NCBI GenBank assembly: GCA_964363685.1
Contig: CAYIJG010000003.1
Span: 1-35,185, forward strand
DNA: 35,185 bases
From: an uncultured Gammaproteobacteria bacterium
GTDB taxonomy: Bacteria; Patescibacteriota; Patescibacteriia; Magasanikbacterales; GWA2-37-8
Direction of reading: 5' to 3'
Shown piece by piece: positions 32,890 through 35,185 of the stretch; position 1 is the stretch's first letter; every line of letters starts with the position of its first letter. A program made the position numbers and the translations under genes. Below the pieces are notes generated by a model. It was not told where the DNA came from, ran no database searches, and saw nothing but the letters and a program-made list of their open reading frames with translations.

Positions 32890-33774
32890 TTATAAAATCA
32901 ACCCTTCGCGATTTTCTTGTTCTTGTTTTTGTAAAATATAGACATCGGCATTATATTCATCGTTACCGACAAATTCTGCCCTGCCTACCGGCAGGCAGGC
33001 TTTCTTATCTATAATCGCTTCCATCGGCGAACAGGTATTACAACCCTCACCTTGCGGACATTTAAATCTCTCCAGCTGGCGCGCTAACTTTACTTGTCTA
33101 GCAACATCTGTAATCTTTTTTTGGGCTGTTTCTATATCTGGTAATTCTTTTGGAGTTAGGTCATCACTGCTGTCCAAATACCAATAACTTGCCCGACTAG
33201 CTTGTCGTTTTTGACAGCGCTCTACCAGCAAGCGATAAATCGGCAATTGCAAAGACTCCGGGTCCTCTTCAGCCTTGCCGGTTTTAAAATCTATAATATG
33301 GACACTATCGGTCTCGGGCAGATATTCCAACCAATCTACTTTGCCACACAAAATAATGTTATCTTCTTCAGATAACCAAAAATACGGCAAGTCCATTTGG
33401 ATTTTGATAGCCAGTCCTGAGATTGGCCCGGGATTATTCATCACCCGACGAATCATATCTTGACCGCGAGTTTTGTATTTATATTCTGATTCTGGAGAAG
33501 TAAACCCGCCTTTTTTGCCCGTCACTTTGCTCCAAGATTTTTCAAACTTATCCATGAGAGAATCGGAAAAGCGAGAATGTTTTGGTAACACTGATAATGA
33601 CTCCAAGACTTCATGCACTGCTTGCCCCAAAGCCAACGACGGAGCCATCAGTTTTATTTTGTGATTTGTCTTTGGATCACGATAGACATTTTTGAGATAA
33701 TAAGCACGAGGACAACGCAAAAAATCGCTGATGGAAGTGTGCGATACCCAGGTGGCCGTGTATTTGTCTGGCAT
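32890..33774 (-). CDS. PD-(D/E)XK nuclease, Cas4/RecB-like with Cys cluster
   Basis: FLRCPRAYYL (N-terminal Cys), GKVDWLEY...IIDFKTGK (D...D/ExK), QLPIYRLL. C-terminal CPQGEGCNTC, consistent with an Fe-S Cas4/AddB-type fold. Confidence 0.75.
   Translation of the reverse strand: MPDKYTATWVSHTSISDFLRCPRAYYLKNVYRDPKTNHKIKLMAPSLALGQAVHEVLESLSVLPKHSRFSDSLMDKFEKSWSKVTGKKGGFTSPESEYKYKTRGQDMIRRVMNNPGPISGLAIKIQMDLPYFWLSEEDNIILCGKVDWLEYLPETDSVHIIDFKTGKAEEDPESLQLPIYRLLVERCQKRQASRASYWYLDSSDDLTPKELPDIETAQKKITDVARQVKLARQLERFKCPQGEGCNTCSPMEAIIDKKACLPVGRAEFVGNDEYNADVYILQKQEQENREGLIL
32980..32999. repeat. 20-nt palindromic element CCTGCCT-ACCGGC-AGGCAGG inside the nuclease ORF
   Basis: Same stem as 22526-22545 with the loop reverse-complemented. 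Translated in frame as ...CLPVGRAEF... near the C-terminus. Confidence 0.7.
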
Positions 33775-33782
33775 AAGAGATT

Positions 33783-33924
33783 GTCATCCTGAGTGAAACG
33801 AAGGATCTCTGTCCGTTTGTCATCCTGAGCGAGAGTCGCCTAGGCGACCGCGTCGAAGGATCCCTTACACTTAGTTTTTGCAAATACTATGTTTAAGGGA
33901 TTCCTCCACTTCGGTCAGAATGAC
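33783..33924. mobile_element. composite MITE-like element (two GTCATCCTGAG left arms, one right arm)
   Basis: GTCATCCTGAGTGAAACGAAGGATC + GTCATCCTGAGCGAGAGTCGCCTAGGCGACCGCGTCGAAGGATCCCTTA ... TAAGGGATTCCTCCACTTCGGTCAGAATGAC. Generates the spurious ORF 33677-33883. Confidence 0.7.
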
Positions 33925-33942
33925 AGTTGTTGCAATAAACAA

Positions 33943-34134
33943 TTAACTATCCATTACCTTCCCCAAAGCATCCTCTTCATCATAGCCTTCATCTTCTAAT
34001 TGTTTTAGTTTTTGCGCCTGTTCTGGATCTAGATCAAAGTCCTGCATTAACTCTTCTACTGCGGCTTCTAAATCGTTCTGAGTTTGATTGCCTGATTGGG
34101 AATCATCTTGTTTTTGGTCATCATCGTTTGACAT
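33943..34134 (-). CDS. small highly acidic hypothetical protein
   Basis: 63-aa Asp/Glu/Gln-rich ORF in an otherwise empty intergenic gap. No family recognised. Confidence 0.45.
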   Translation of the reverse strand: MSNDDDQKQDDSQSGNQTQNDLEAAVEELMQDFDLDPEQAQKLKQLEDEGYDEEDALGKVMDS

Positions 34135-34204
34135 ATTGAAATGTGTTAAAAATTAAATCTGACATATGCCTATATTCTATAATCTTTCTGCAATATTGGC
34201 AAGC

Positions 34205-34237
34205 AAAAACCCTATACCGGAATGGCATAGGGTTTTA
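34205..34237. terminator. hairpin terminator downstream of metK
   Basis: AACCCTAT-11 nt loop-ATAGGGTT flanked by A- and T-runs. Confidence 0.6.
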
Positions 34238-34255
34238 CTTCTTATTTATTTCAGT

Positions 34256-35185
34256 TTAAATGTCCCACTTAAATCCATTTCCAAAATGTCCATACTCGGC
34301 TGTCTTACGGAATTGCGGTTTGCGAAGATTGAGAAATTTGATAATTGCTGACGGACGTAAATCATAGCCTTTTATTTCTTCTTGCTTGCCGTCAATATCA
34401 ACCACAGCCATTAACGGTTTGGAGACTCCGATAGCATAAGCAATATGAACAAAGACTTCTTTGGCGTGATGTTTTTTGAGATAATCAACGGCGATTCGGC
34501 GCGCCATATAGGCGGCACTTCGATCAACTTTGGTCGCGTCTTTTCCCGAAAACGCCCCGCCCCCAACTGGAATATTCGGACCATAATTATCAACAGCAAG
34601 TTTGCGACCAGTAAGACCGGTGTCGGCATGGAATCCACCGATAGTCCACTTACCATTTGGATTTCGTAGCCAAATGTCTTTAATATTTTTAATATGTTTT
34701 GGCAGATATTTTTTGAAGTTCAAAACTGTCTTTTCCAGTTTTACATCTCGCATATCTCCGCTCGTGCAAAGCGAAGTCAGAATTTTTTCAATTTTTCCAT
34801 TATTCACAGTCACTTGCGCTTTACCATCATGTCGTCCCATGGCTTTACAGAGCTTTCGAGAAAGCACCACTTCAAGCGGAAGCATTTCAGGTGTTTCATT
34901 TGTAGCATACCCTACCATAATCCCCTGATCTCCGGCGCCATCCTGATCAACGCCATGACTGATTTCTGGACTTTGCTCAACCACATTTACCACCACGCCA
35001 ATGTCTTCGTTATATCCACAATCTTTGTAAACATTTTTTGCTATCTCACGAATATTTACATATGCTTTAGTAGTTAGCTCTCCGCAGACAGTAATAACGC
35101 CGTGACCGCCTAAAGTTTCAATCGCCACGCGTGAATATGGATCTTGTGCAAGACAAGCATCAAGAATCGCATCTGATATTTGATC
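34256..35185 (-). CDS. metK: S-adenosylmethionine synthetase (5' end outside window)
   Basis: GAGDQGIMVGYA and GGGAFSGKDATKVDRSAAYMARRIA signatures. The frame stays open upstream of the track Met to the window edge (DQISDAILDACLAQDPYSRVAIETLG...). Confidence 0.9.
   Translation of the reverse strand, partial: DQISDAILDACLAQDPYSRVAIETLGGHGVITVCGELTTKAYVNIREIAKNVYKDCGYNEDIGVVVNVVEQSPEISHGVDQDGAGDQGIMVGYATNETPEMLPLEVVLSRKLCKAMGRHDGKAQVTVNNGKIEKILTSLCTSGDMRDVKLEKTVLNFKKYLPKHIKNIKDIWLRNPNGKWTIGGFHADTGLTGRKLAVDNYGPNIPVGGGAFSGKDATKVDRSAAYMARRIAVDYLKKHHAKEVFVHIAYAIGVSKPLMAVVDIDGKQEEIKGYDLRPSAIIKFLNLRKPQFRKTAEYGHFGNGFKWDI

Noticed and set aside
33677-33883. Track ORF of 68 aa (MQKLSVRDPSTRSPRRLSLRMTNGQRSFVSLRMT...).
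   Set aside because: It is the translation of the composite MITE arms, the typical SLRMT/RDPS repeat-derived pseudo-peptide, and not a gene.
1253-35077. Numerous 60-160-aa ORFs nested in or antisense to long native genes. Examples: 1253-1444, 1696-1932, 2430-2903, 2515-2736, 2878-3063, 3909-4109, 4632-4838, 5578-5796, 5943-6377, 6289-6825, 7243-7425, 8033-8227, 8547-8735, 8816-9061, 11200-11536, 13537-13991, 14903-15769, 17834-18028, 18933-19133, 22675-22959, 24298-25248, 26273-26482, 26906-27169, 28003-28374, 33275-33664 and 34166-35077.
   Set aside because: Each overlaps a longer ORF with a recognisable family or clear membrane or secreted-protein character. They lack start context and have the Phe/Ile/Leu/Ser/Lys-rich composition typical of off-frame AT-rich translation.
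1-35185. A CRISPR array, rRNA genes, transposase, integrase or reverse transcriptase genes.
   Set aside because: No short regularly spaced repeats are present; R copies are 0.4-4.7 kb apart. No ORF shows recombinase, RT or DDE motifs and there is no rRNA-like segment.

Overview
Low-G+C bacterial chromosomal segment (roughly mid-30s % by eye, not computed). Gene content looks like a small-genome Patescibacteria/CPR-type organism, which is an inference. Supporting signs are many small membrane or secreted proteins, C39-like peptidases, LCP, YggT, lmo0937- and DUF378-type mini-proteins, a single-module Clp-type AAA+ ATPase, genes without Shine-Dalgarno (SD) sequences, and GTCATCCTGAGCGA-type MITEs. 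Housekeeping anchors are greA (124-624), tRNA-Asn(GTT) (22434-22505, minus) and metK (34256 to window end, partial). Most genes are on the minus strand. The stand-out signal is two hot spots: about 19.7-22.3 kb, on the 3' side of tRNA-Asn, and about 31.07-32.53 kb. In both, short blocks of foreign high-G+C coding DNA (five or six ORFs, none recognisable to me) sit between AT-rich host-style consensus promoters and long-loop hairpin terminators. In the second hot spot the promoter and terminator modules are conserved between two tandem cassettes while the cargo is unrelated, which suggests a mobile or gene-capturing cassette family. A 29-nt direct repeat (4 copies, 14.5-21.3 kb) partitions the first region. 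I see no integrase, transposase, reverse transcriptase, CRISPR array or rRNA in the window, so any mobility mechanism is unproven. Other observations: MITE and palindrome insertions that stay in frame inside two genes, a 659-aa protein with degenerate GGDEF/palm-like motifs, and several duplicated surface-protein modules. All homology calls come from motif recognition by eye; no searches were run.
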